From: a virus
Taxonomy: Duplodnaviria; Caudoviricetes
DNA length: 64,000 nt
Reading direction: 5' to 3' (one strand)
Virus record (IMG/VR): IMGVR_UViG_2772190672_000001
Span: 32,001-96,000 of that record
Of this stretch, positions 55,528-64,000 are shown piece after piece. The first letter of the stretch is position 1. The number at the start of each line of letters is the position of its first letter. A program made the position numbers and the translations under genes. Below the pieces are notes generated by a model. The model did no database searches. It worked only from the letters and a program-made list of their open reading frames with translations, and was not told the DNA's origin.

Positions 55528-56685
55528 TCAGGGCCTGGCGCATGATGCGGCTCCCGCGGTCTTGAGGGCCTGCCCGAGGGCGGTGACGACCTGGTCGATG
55601 TCGTTCTCGGAGAGGTGCTGGTGGAACGGCAGCGTCAGGACCTCGCGCCCGACTTGCTCGGTGGCGGGCAAGTCGCGGCGCCACTGGGCGAACGCGGGTT
55701 GCAGGTGGTTCGGCGGGTAGTGGACGCCCACGCCGACACCGCGGGCCTTCATCTGCTTGTGTACCTCGTCCCTGTTCGGGATGAGGATCTGGCACAGGTG
55801 CGGCACGGAGTGGTCGACATCGACGTCGACCAGGCGCACGCCGTCCAGGGCGGCGAGGGCCCGCCGGTAGGCGCGCCACAGGATCCGGCGGGTCGTCTCG
55901 GCCTTGTCGAAGTGGTCGAGCTGGACGAGGCCGATCGTGGCGTTGATGCCGGACATCTGGTAGCGCAGTCCGAAGCCCTCCACGCCGTAGCTGGTGGTCT
56001 GGCCGCGTTCGGCCTGCGACTGGTCGACGCCGAGCATGCGCAGGCGGCGGAGCGTGGCGGCCTCGGGGAGGCTGCGCGGGATGACGACGCCGCCTTGACC
56101 GCAGGTGAGGTTCTTGATCGGGCCGAAGCTGAAGCAGGTCAGGTCTCCGGTGGCGCCGACGCGGCGGGCGCCGTTGTGGGAGCCGAAGGCGTGCGCGGCG
56201 TCCTCCACGATGGCGATGTCCCGGCCGGCCAGTTCCTTGCGGACGCCGGAGAGGTTGACGGCCCGGCCGCCGAACAGGACCGGCATCACGGCGCGAGTGC
56301 GGTCAGTGACGGCCTCCATGACGAGCTGATCGGTGACGCACAGGGTGGCCGGGTCGACGTCCGTGAAGACCGGAGTGGCGCCGGTGGCCAGGATCGCCTG
56401 GACACTCGCGCAGAACGTCATGGACGGCACGACCACCTCGTGGCCGGGACCGACCCCGGCGGCGAGCAGCGCGGTGTGCAGGGCGGCGGTGCCGGACATG
56501 ACGGCGATGGCGTCGCGGACGCCGAGGAATTCGGCGACCTTCTGCTCGAACCGCTCGGTGACGTCCGTGTGCCCGTACTGTCCGCGCTGGAGTACCTCGG
56601 CGACCGCGGCGGCCTCTTCCCCGTACAGGTACGGGCTGGCGTTGCGTCCGGCGTCCGGGCTGGGCGAGCTGGTGTGCGTGGTCAC
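55528..56685 (-). CDS. DegT/DnrJ/EryC1/StrS PLP-dependent sugar aminotransferase
   Basis: SGTAALH, EDAAHA, SFGPIKNL. Confidence 0.92.
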   Translation of the reverse strand: MTTHTSSPSPDAGRNASPYLYGEEAAAVAEVLQRGQYGHTDVTERFEQKVAEFLGVRDAIAVMSGTAALHTALLAAGVGPGHEVVVPSMTFCASVQAILATGATPVFTDVDPATLCVTDQLVMEAVTDRTRAVMPVLFGGRAVNLSGVRKELAGRDIAIVEDAAHAFGSHNGARRVGATGDLTCFSFGPIKNLTCGQGGVVIPRSLPEAATLRRLRMLGVDQSQAERGQTTSYGVEGFGLRYQMSGINATIGLVQLDHFDKAETTRRILWRAYRRALAALDGVRLVDVDVDHSVPHLCQILIPNRDEVHKQMKARGVGVGVHYPPNHLQPAFAQWRRDLPATEQVGREVLTLPFHQHLSENDIDQVVTALGQALKTAGAASCARP

Positions 56686-57908
56686 TTCGCCTCCGTGATC
56701 GGCTGGACGATCGGTCGGATCAGCGCGCTGGCCTTCTCCAGGGCCAAAGCGGCGTCCGCAGCCGACGGTCCGGCGGCGACGAGCAGGCCGATCTTGTGGG
56801 AGCCCTGGTCATGAGGCCGTACGTGGTCGCCTGGCTTGGCATACAGCTCGACATCGGTGACTCCAGGGACGCTGCGGGCTTCGGCGATGCCCTCCCAGGC
56901 GACCAGTTCGCCTTCAGCGGCGAGCGGTGAGCCGATCAGCTCCAGCGCCGCATGCTCGGCGCGCGTTGGCGTCAGGTGGCCGCCGAACGGCTCACCGAGT
57001 ACGAGCGCGATGAGCGCACGCACGACGTCCACGCCGTAGGCGGCGGCGAGCAGTCGGGGGATGCCGGCGCCGCCGAGGCGTGCGTTGGCCTCGATGAAGC
57101 GTTCCTTGCCGTCCTCGTCGAGGACGACGTCGAAGTTCGCCGGCCCGTTGACGATGCCGAGTGCACGGCACAGCCGTTCGGCGGTGGCTTCGAGTCGGGC
57201 GCGCGTCGCAGGGGGCAGCTGAGCAGTGCGCAGCCGCCCGAGCACGAGAGTTCCGTCGACGAACTCCTCGTCCTTGACGGAGGTCATCAGCGCCCTGCCG
57301 TCCTGCATGAAGACCTCGATGGTCAGCGGGCGGCCCTGGACGAACTCTTCCGCGATCACCGTCCGGGATGCGGAGTGGGAGCGGGCGTTGGCGACGGCGG
57401 CGGGCAGCTCGTCGGGGCGGGTGACGCGGGTGACGCCCTTGCTGCCTGATCCGTCCGCCGGTTTGACCACGAGGGGGAAGCGCAGCCCCGCGGCCTCGGC
57501 GACGGCCTGCTCCGGGTCGTCCGACGCGACCCATCCGTATCCGGCGACGCCGCAGGACGCGGCGAGCGCGTGGAAGGCAGCTTTGTCGCAGGCGGCGAGT
57601 GCGCTCTTGGGGTACACGTAGGCGGTGCCGTACCGCATGCCCAGGGCGTGCCAGCTGGCCAGCGCGGCGTCGCTCGCACCGCAGACGAGCCCGGCGGGGT
57701 GGACGTCGCCCAGCGCATCGGCGATGGCGTCGGTGTCCCGGGTGGAGATCTGCAGAGCCGTGTCGGCGAACGGAAGCGCGGGGGCGTCCGACCGCATGTC
57801 CACCGCGATGGTCGGGATACCCCGGCGCCGCGCCTCCTGGTACAGCGCGATCTGCTCCTCCGACGCGCCGAGCACGATCAGCGCGTCCTGCGGCCACTGC
57901 TCAGACAT
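56682..57908 (-). CDS. ATP-grasp ligase
   Basis: VVKPADGSGSKGV, EEFVQG, IEANARLGG. Confidence 0.9.
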   Translation of the reverse strand: MSEQWPQDALIVLGASEEQIALYQEARRRGIPTIAVDMRSDAPALPFADTALQISTRDTDAIADALGDVHPAGLVCGASDAALASWHALGMRYGTAYVYPKSALAACDKAAFHALAASCGVAGYGWVASDDPEQAVAEAAGLRFPLVVKPADGSGSKGVTRVTRPDELPAAVANARSHSASRTVIAEEFVQGRPLTIEVFMQDGRALMTSVKDEEFVDGTLVLGRLRTAQLPPATRARLEATAERLCRALGIVNGPANFDVVLDEDGKERFIEANARLGGAGIPRLLAAAYGVDVVRALIALVLGEPFGGHLTPTRAEHAALELIGSPLAAEGELVAWEGIAEARSVPGVTDVELYAKPGDHVRPHDQGSHKIGLLVAAGPSAADAALALEKASALIRPIVQPITEAK

Positions 57909-58923
57909 GCTGCGGCTCCAGGGTCGTGTCGGGGGCGACGCGCGGGGAGGGCATGGCCGGGAGGTGGCTGCGCGAGAGCGGCGCCCACCGGTCCGGATTG
58001 CAGCGGTACCAGTCGGCGGTCTCCTCCAGTCCGGCCTCGAAGTCGTGGACCGGCTTGTAGCCGAGGGCGGCGAGCTTGCCCCAGTTCATGGCGTAGCGGA
58101 GGTCGTTGGACAGCCGGTCGGGGATGTAGGTGACGCGGTCCCAGTCGGCGCCGCAGATCCGCAGCAGTTCGCCTGCCAGCTCCTTGCTGGACAGGTCGGT
58201 GCCGCCGCCGATGTTGAAGACCTCGCCCGGCGCGCCCAGGCGCAGAACGAGTTCGACGCCGGCGCAGTTGTCCTCGACGTGCAGCCAGTTACGGATGTGC
58301 TGGCCCTCGCCGTGGAGGGTGACCTGCTCGCCGCGCAGCAGGCGGGTCACGAACAACGGGATGATCTTCTCGGGGTGCTGGCAGGGCCCGTAGTTGTTCG
58401 AGGAGCGGGTGACGCAGACCGGCGCTCCGTACGTGTGCCAGTAGCTGAGGGCGACCAGGTCGCTGGCGGCCTTGGAGGCGGCGTAGGGGACGGTCGGGCG
58501 CAGCGGGTAGTCCTCGGTGGCCGCGCCTTCCAGGAGCGGCCCGTACACCTCGTCCGTGGAGACGTGCACGAACTTGGTGATGCCGTGCCGCATGGCGGCG
58601 TCGGCGAGGGTCTGCGTGCCGATGACGTTCGTCGTCACGAACGTCCCGGCGGTCGTGAACGAGCGGTCGACGTGGGACTCGGCGGCGAAGTGGACGACCG
58701 CGGTGTGCTGGGCCATGAGGTCTTCGACCAGGGCAGCGTCGCAGATGTTGCCGACGACGAAGTCCAGCTTCGGGTTGAGGAAGGCCTGTCCGAGGTTGCC
58801 CCTGCTGCCTGCGTACGTGAGCGCGTCGAGGACGGTGACCCGCTCGACGTCGTCGGCGCGCAGCATGCGCCGGACGAAGTGGGAGCCGATGAAACCGGCG
58901 CCGCCGGTAACCAACAGCTGCAT
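57901..58923 (-). CDS. rmlB: dTDP-glucose 4,6-dehydratase
   Basis: TGGAGFIG, AAESHVD, STDEVYG, YAASK, NNYGP. Confidence 0.92.
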   Translation of the reverse strand: MQLLVTGGAGFIGSHFVRRMLRADDVERVTVLDALTYAGSRGNLGQAFLNPKLDFVVGNICDAALVEDLMAQHTAVVHFAAESHVDRSFTTAGTFVTTNVIGTQTLADAAMRHGITKFVHVSTDEVYGPLLEGAATEDYPLRPTVPYAASKAASDLVALSYWHTYGAPVCVTRSSNNYGPCQHPEKIIPLFVTRLLRGEQVTLHGEGQHIRNWLHVEDNCAGVELVLRLGAPGEVFNIGGGTDLSSKELAGELLRICGADWDRVTYIPDRLSNDLRYAMNWGKLAALGYKPVHDFEAGLEETADWYRCNPDRWAPLSRSHLPAMPSPRVAPDTTLEPQHV

Positions 58924-59175
58924 GTCGTGCCTCCGATGAGGATGACCGGCTGGCGGCATGGGTGTGCCGCAGGTTGGGGGCCGGTCGAGGAGACGCCCGG
59001 CTGCTGCCGGGTGCGGTCCTCACCTTGGCGGCTGCAAGACCGGTGCGGAGCCGGCGGGCGCGCATCGGCAACCGGTGTGCGGATCCGGCACACGGTGTGC
59101 ATCCGCACGCCCCTGCCGACACCTTCCGAGTGGCGCTAGGTTCTCCCCCACCCAACCGGGTCCAAGGAGGTGCCC

Positions 59176-60459
59176 ATGGGCGCGGATGCTCGGATCGGCG
59201 CTCTGTTACGCGGGGCGCGCTGTGCCGCGCGCCTGACACAGACACAGGTCGGTGATGCCTGTGGCTATTCGGCGTCGGCGGTCTCCCGCATCGAGGGCGG
59301 GCGGATGAGCGTCGACTATCCGACCCTGCTGAAGTTCGCGGCGTTCCTCGGTATCGCACCGGAGCAGCTGCGTGCGTCTGCCGTACCCGGCATGACCAAT
59401 GTCGCTACGGTGGCCGGAGGTTGCCGGTCGGACGAGGAGGACGAGGTGCGTCGTAGGGAGCTGCTGACGGGAGTGGTGGCAGCGGGGGCGACAGTTGTCG
59501 TCGGCGCCGGCCCGGCCTCCGCCGCTGCCACACCGGTCGATGCCGATCTGGAAGTGGCGCTGTTCCGGCTGCCCGAGGCGGAGCCTGTAGCGCTCCCCCA
59601 TCTGGTCGGACAGGTCGCCGCCGCGCGGCGCGACTTCTGCGCCACCCAGTACGCGCGGCTCGGGCAGACCTTGCCCAGCCTGATCGCAACGGCGACCGCC
59701 ACGCGCGACGCCGCCTCGGGCCGCAGGCGCGAGGAGGCCGACCTGGCGCTGGCCCGCTCCTACGTGCTCGCGGCCGAGCTGGCGACGAAGCGGCACTCCG
59801 ATGCGGCGTGGGTGGCGGCCGACCGGGCGTTGGCGGCCGCGCGCTGCAGCGGCATGCCGGTGGCCGTCGGCGAGGCCTCGCGGCAGCTGGCGATCGCCAT
59901 GCGCCGCTCGGGCCGCTCCACTGCCGCGGTGCACCTGCTCACGAAGGAGGCCGAGGACCTGGATGCCTCCCGCGACCACACCGGTGCTGTGCGGACGACG
60001 CTGCTGCTGACCGGGGCGTACTCGGCGGCCACCGGCCGGGACCGGTCCATGGCTCTGTCGCTGCTGGAGGAGGCCGAGCGTGAGGCTGGGCGGCGACCGG
60101 CGGTACAAGGCTTCTTCACGGTGGAGGCGTCGCGGACGCAGGTCGACGTGTACCGGATCGGTGTGCTGAACGCGCTGGGCACGCCGGACGAGGCGGTGAG
60201 CGTGGCGGCCCGGCTGAACGTGGACCGGATGCCGACGGCGGAGCGGCGGGCGCGGGCGTGGACCGACGTGGCCCGCATGTGGAACGCGCTCGGTGACGGC
60301 AAGCAGACGTTCACCGCGCTGCGCCGGGTGGAGCAGGAGGCTCCGCAGGAGGTGCGGCGGCCCTCGCTGCGGGCGCTGACGGCCGGACTGCTGTACGGGC
60401 CGACCCGCATCGAGGGCGTCCGCGAGTTCGCGGCCCGCACCGGTGCTCTGGCGGCCTGA
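59176..60459 (+). CDS. XRE-family HTH regulator with helical (TPR-like) C-terminus; contains a TTA codon
   Basis: LTQTQVG..CGYSASAVSRIE.G; RRRELL linker; TTA at 59206. Confidence 0.85.
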   Translation: MGADARIGALLRGARCAARLTQTQVGDACGYSASAVSRIEGGRMSVDYPTLLKFAAFLGIAPEQLRASAVPGMTNVATVAGGCRSDEEDEVRRRELLTGVVAAGATVVVGAGPASAAATPVDADLEVALFRLPEAEPVALPHLVGQVAAARRDFCATQYARLGQTLPSLIATATATRDAASGRRREEADLALARSYVLAAELATKRHSDAAWVAADRALAAARCSGMPVAVGEASRQLAIAMRRSGRSTAAVHLLTKEAEDLDASRDHTGAVRTTLLLTGAYSAATGRDRSMALSLLEEAEREAGRRPAVQGFFTVEASRTQVDVYRIGVLNALGTPDEAVSVAARLNVDRMPTAERRARAWTDVARMWNALGDGKQTFTALRRVEQEAPQEVRRPSLRALTAGLLYGPTRIEGVREFAARTGALAA

Positions 60460-60495
60460 CCGCTCGGGTGTCCCGCCCGCTCGACCGCAACGCGG

Positions 60496-60527
60496 CGAGG
60501 CCCTTCCCCGTCCAGGGAAGGGCCTCG
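60496..60527. terminator. Hairpin between convergent genes
   Basis: CGAGGCCCTTCCC-CGTCCA-GGGAAGGGCCTCG. Confidence 0.75.
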
Positions 60528-60551
60528 TGGCTGTCCGGGGCCGGCGCCGCA

Positions 60552-61382
60552 TCAGCCGTGCTGGAGCCTGCGCAGATCAGCGGGGGCCGGGAAGATCGTG
60601 CCCGCGATGTCGCCCCAGTTGAAGTTCACCTCGCCGCGGACGTGCTCCTTCACCCAGGTGCGGGTCTCGTCCGCGGTGTCCTTGCGGATGCGGCGGGAGT
60701 GCTCGGCCACCCAGTGGATCAGGGCGCGGCGACGGGTCTCTCCGGGCTCGACGTCGCGGAGCCGGAACAGCTGGTGTGCGCCGGCCGGGGTGGTGGGGAT
60801 CATCACTCCGGCTTCGCCCTGTGGCCGCTTGAGGTGGACGTACCACAGGTAGTCACGGTTGAACTGGATGCCGAGCGCGATCTGCAGCGCCCGCCACTCC
60901 CCCGGATGGGCCTCGGCGAGCGGGCGCCCGGAACCGAGGTCGACCCAGCTTTCAGGGCCTCCGCCGTGGGTGCCGTAGTAGACGATTGAGGTGTAGCCGA
61001 CCTGTTCCTTGCGGTCGAGCATGAGCCGCTGTGAGGCGACGATGTGCCGGGTCAGCTTCGGCAGGGGCAAGTGGGGGCGGCGGACGGTGACGTACCGGCG
61101 GACTCCGACCTGGAAGCGGCCCTCGGTGATCGCGCCAAGAACCGTGCAGTCCACACGGTGGTTCAGGTCGGCGAGCGTCGCGTCGGTGAAGATGTCGACG
61201 TTCTCTTCGACGTCGGCGTGAGTGGCGTCGACCAGGCTGAACGCTTCGGCCTTGTCGAAGGCGCGCAGTCGGATCTCCCGGCCGCCGTACTCGAACGTGT
61301 CCTTCTTGATCCGGCTCGTGTTCATCAGGAGCAGCAGGTCATCAACGTGCATCTGGACCTGAGTCGCTCGGGTGTCCGTCAC
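60552..61382 (-). CDS. Phage hypothetical protein
   Basis: GAGGAG RBS + GTG; C-terminal HWVAEHSRR...WVKEHVRG. Confidence 0.7.
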   Translation of the reverse strand: MTDTRATQVQMHVDDLLLLMNTSRIKKDTFEYGGREIRLRAFDKAEAFSLVDATHADVEENVDIFTDATLADLNHRVDCTVLGAITEGRFQVGVRRYVTVRRPHLPLPKLTRHIVASQRLMLDRKEQVGYTSIVYYGTHGGGPESWVDLGSGRPLAEAHPGEWRALQIALGIQFNRDYLWYVHLKRPQGEAGVMIPTTPAGAHQLFRLRDVEPGETRRRALIHWVAEHSRRIRKDTADETRTWVKEHVRGEVNFNWGDIAGTIFPAPADLRRLQHG

Positions 61383-61512
61383 GGCAGACGTCTCCTCTAT
61401 GTGTGGCTGGTTGGGGCTTGCAATGCGGCGAAGCCCCCGCCGGGGTGACCCGAAGGGGGCTGTCGTTTGGCTTGTTACGTTCAGGTGACGGCGTGGAGGG
61501 GGCCGGGGTCCT

Positions 61513-62376
61513 TCACCCAGCATGCGAGGGGCCGGTGTCGGGCAGGACGGCGGGCGCGGCGTCCTCGCCGGGTTGCATCTGGGCGGCGTCGATCTCCTGG
61601 CGCAGGGCGGCGAATCCTTCGGCGAACGCGGCGCCGGCGAGGTCGCGGGACACCCGAGCGCGGTACTCGAACCGGAACCCGGACGAGCCGGTGTCCGGAC
61701 TGTCCGGACGCGTGCCCCCGGACACTGTCCGGACAGTGTCCGCGCTGGTGAGCTCGCACCCCGTCCCGCCGACGAGCGCCGTCCCGGTCACGATCCCGCC
61801 CACGCCCGGACGGTCGTCCTGGTCTGTCCGGACGCTGTCCGGGCCGGAGCGCAGGGCGGTGTCGAGGGTGGCGCGGGCACGTCGTTCGCCGTCGGCGTCG
61901 ATGGCGTCGCTGAACGTCCACGGTCCGCCGTCGGGGCTTCGGACCAGGCTCCAACCGATGGCGTGGCCGAAGTCGTCGGTGTGCAGGGTGAGGGCGAGCC
62001 CGCTGGGGTGGAGCAGGCTGTGGTTGATCAGCCACAGCAGGCCCGAGCGGGACAGGTCGGAGAACGGCCGGCTGTCGGCGTCGGCCGCGGCGGTGTCCGG
62101 GTCGGCGAGCGCCTGGTCCACGGCGTTGCGGCAGGCTTCCCAACCGCGCGCGTACGCCCCGGCGTCCATCTGGGATTCGGGTCGGCGGGGCACCTGGCGG
62201 ACGCGCTGCACGGTGGCCTCGGCGCGCTGCCCTTCGAGGAGGTGCCGGTCGATGCGGTCGCGCAGCGGGATGCCGAGGAGGGCGCCGAGGGCGTCATCCA
62301 GGGGGGCTGTGCGGTTGCCCGCAGTTGTCCGGACGTTGTCCGGACGGCGGTCCGCTGGCGTGGTGGGATCGGTCAT
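61513..62376 (-). CDS. Phage hypothetical protein containing GTCCGGAC repeats
   Basis: GLLWLINHSLLHPSGLAL segment; ATGA coupling. Confidence 0.65.
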   Translation of the reverse strand: MTDPTTPADRRPDNVRTTAGNRTAPLDDALGALLGIPLRDRIDRHLLEGQRAEATVQRVRQVPRRPESQMDAGAYARGWEACRNAVDQALADPDTAAADADSRPFSDLSRSGLLWLINHSLLHPSGLALTLHTDDFGHAIGWSLVRSPDGGPWTFSDAIDADGERRARATLDTALRSGPDSVRTDQDDRPGVGGIVTGTALVGGTGCELTSADTVRTVSGGTRPDSPDTGSSGFRFEYRARVSRDLAGAAFAEGFAALRQEIDAAQMQPGEDAAPAVLPDTGPSHAG

Positions 62377-62870
62377 CGGATCTCCGGGGCGGGGTGGATG
62401 GCGGTCGTCCGGTTGACGAGGGTGGGCCCGTAGCCGACCCAGCGGGGCAGGCTGACGGGGCCGGTGCGTCCGGTCCGGACGGCAGCGAAGTCGAGGACTC
62501 GTTGCAGACCGTGCCGGCGGTCTTCGAGGCAGCGCTCACCGGCCTGGACGTCGGCGAGGGCGGCGCGCAGCGGGATCGTCTCGATGCGGATCCGGCCGCG
62601 GTACTCGATGCGGTGGTGCCGGTCCCCGATGTGCAGCCAGTCCGCCGCGTCCAGCCCGCCCGCGAGCGCCAGCTCGTCGAGCCGGTCGCCGAGGGCGTGG
62701 CCGCCTTCGGTCCACGCGTACCAGAGCCGGGCGCCGCCGCCGGGCCGGAAGAACGTGAACGCGACGTACGACTCAGGGTCTCGGTCGGCGGTGACGCCGA
62801 CGACGACGGCCAACTCCACTGGCGTGGGGTCGGCGTGGCCGACGATCCGAGGCGGTGCCTGGGTGCTCAT
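62373..62870 (-). CDS. Hypothetical protein
   Basis: GAGGA RBS; ATGA coupling. Confidence 0.65.
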   Translation of the reverse strand: MSTQAPPRIVGHADPTPVELAVVVGVTADRDPESYVAFTFFRPGGGARLWYAWTEGGHALGDRLDELALAGGLDAADWLHIGDRHHRIEYRGRIRIETIPLRAALADVQAGERCLEDRRHGLQRVLDFAAVRTGRTGPVSLPRWVGYGPTLVNRTTAIHPAPEIR

Positions 62871-63211
62871 GCGGTCCTCTCGCTGGTCGGGCGGGTGGGT
62901 TCGGTGCGGTCGCGGCGGCGGCGTTCCCGGGGGCCGACCAGTTCGGCGCCCCGCTCGAACGCAGCGAGGATCGGCGCCATGCGACGGGCGTAACGGCGGG
63001 CCGTGCGGCGGGCCTTCATGCGGGCGAGGACCTGCGCGCGGGTCGGCTGCTCCCACGTGTGCGTCCCGGCCGACGCGATGTAGCTGCGGCCGTGGGTGCC
63101 CTCGGGGATGCCGCACCAGCGGCAGCCGGACGGCACCGGCGGCTGCCCGTCAGGGAAGCGGACCGGGCCCCGCCGCAGTCCGGTCTTCGGGTCGCGGGTC
63201 ACCAGGCTCAC
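62867..63211 (-). CDS. Hypothetical protein (CRWCG...H motif)
   Basis: GTGA coupling. Confidence 0.6.
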   Translation of the reverse strand: MSLVTRDPKTGLRRGPVRFPDGQPPVPSGCRWCGIPEGTHGRSYIASAGTHTWEQPTRAQVLARMKARRTARRYARRMAPILAAFERGAELVGPRERRRRDRTEPTRPTSERTA

Positions 63212-63684
63212 GAGCCGCTCCCCTGCTCGCGCTTGGCCCGCTCCTCCGCGATGACCTCCTCGGAGGTGCACACGGCCATCTGGAACAGCATCAGCAGCCC
63301 GTCGACCATCTCGCTACCGTCCGGCGCCGACCGCTCGTACAGGGCGGTGAACAGGGCCTCGGCGTGTGCCCGGTCGCGGTTCGCCCACGCGGTTGTGAAC
63401 TGTGCGGCGAACCGTACGTGCGGCGGCAGAACCTCCGCCGACGCCCACTCGCCGGTCTCGGTGTTCTGGACCGGCATCCCGAACACCGTGCCGGGCTGCT
63501 GGTCGCGGCGGGCGATGTGCGAGGCGGTCTCGGCGAGCATCGCCGCCAGCGCGTACGCGCTGCTCCAGCCGCCCGCGATCAGCAGCACGAGCAGGTCGAC
63601 GCCGCCCTCCAAGTCGCCGGCCACTCCCTTGGCGAGCGCGTCGCCGACGATCCGGGGCCCCTCACCCTGTGCAGTCGTTGTCAC
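63208..63684 (-). CDS. Hypothetical helical protein
   Basis: GAGAGGA RBS + GTG. Confidence 0.65.
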   Translation of the reverse strand: MTTTAQGEGPRIVGDALAKGVAGDLEGGVDLLVLLIAGGWSSAYALAAMLAETASHIARRDQQPGTVFGMPVQNTETGEWASAEVLPPHVRFAAQFTTAWANRDRAHAEALFTALYERSAPDGSEMVDGLLMLFQMAVCTSEEVIAEERAKREQGSGS

Positions 63685-63685
63685 G

Positions 63686-64000
63686 TCAGTCCTCTCGCGG
63701 CCACGTCGTGCCATAGCCGTCGTCGTGGTCTTCTTCGTGGTCCGGGTCGAGCTCGCAGAACACCTCGCAGCCGACCGAGTTGTGGTTCATCTCGTCGCAC
63801 ACCGGGCCGGTGCGCCTCGGCTGGTCGTCCCAGCCGTCGCGGGCCGCGTTTTCGGCCGCGCGGCGCCGGCGGGTCCCCCAGCCCTTCGTCGCGGCCGCCG
63901 ATCGGGCGGCGACTGCCTCGGGCCGGTTCCGGCGCTCCGCGCGGGCCGCCACCCGCCGAGCCCGCCGCTCGTCGGCCGCCGCCTGCGCGGCAGTCGCCAG
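63686..64000 (-). CDS. Hypothetical protein, 5' part probably outside window
   Basis: C-terminal C...FCELDPDH..DH motif. Confidence 0.5.
   Translation of the reverse strand: MATAAQAAADERRARRVAARAERRNRPEAVAARSAAATKGWGTRRRRAAENAARDGWDDQPRRTGPVCDEMNHNSVGCEVFCELDPDHEEDHDDGYGTTWPRED

Overview
High-GC actinobacterial (very probably Streptomyces) mobile element that combines phage and plasmid modules, most consistent with a phage-plasmid or prophage. Almost all real genes lie on the minus strand. 1-16.0 kb is a head/packaging module: Cys-rich repeat protein, major capsid, a MuF-2H phosphoesterase-protease fusion, portal, terminase large and small subunits, and an inserted PIN-domain moron. 16.1-19.4 kb holds ParB, an unusual methyltransferase-like protein, a small ORF in structured DNA and an atypical tRNA. 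19.5-45 kb is the most striking part: about 30 co-oriented accessory genes (C5 and N6 DNA methyltransferases, ParB, two DUF3560-like, two ChlI/ComM-N-like, a free-standing degenerate intein, PP2C, SWIM) divided into 1-4-gene units by 14 clear copies plus 1 degenerate copy of a ~110-bp element. Its core is a fixed-length 49-bp imperfect palindrome (TTGACC-N17-CTC-N17-GGTCAA) with co-varying stems, and in 10 of 15 copies the upstream gene's TGA stop sits 23-25 nt from the core, usually within a conserved CTGACC. A divergent tandem-HTH gene heads the array. 45.7-53.6 kb resembles a Streptomyces plasmid spread/transfer cluster. 54.2-60.5 kb is an XRE-regulated amino-sugar cassette (dTDP-glucose dehydratase, ATP-grasp, DegT aminotransferase, MurG-like glycosyltransferase). 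Clusters of the palindrome GTCCGGAC recur at six places. No integrase, replication initiator, TraB/FtsK or cas gene was recognised in the window. Family assignments come from motif recognition by eye, not from database searches.
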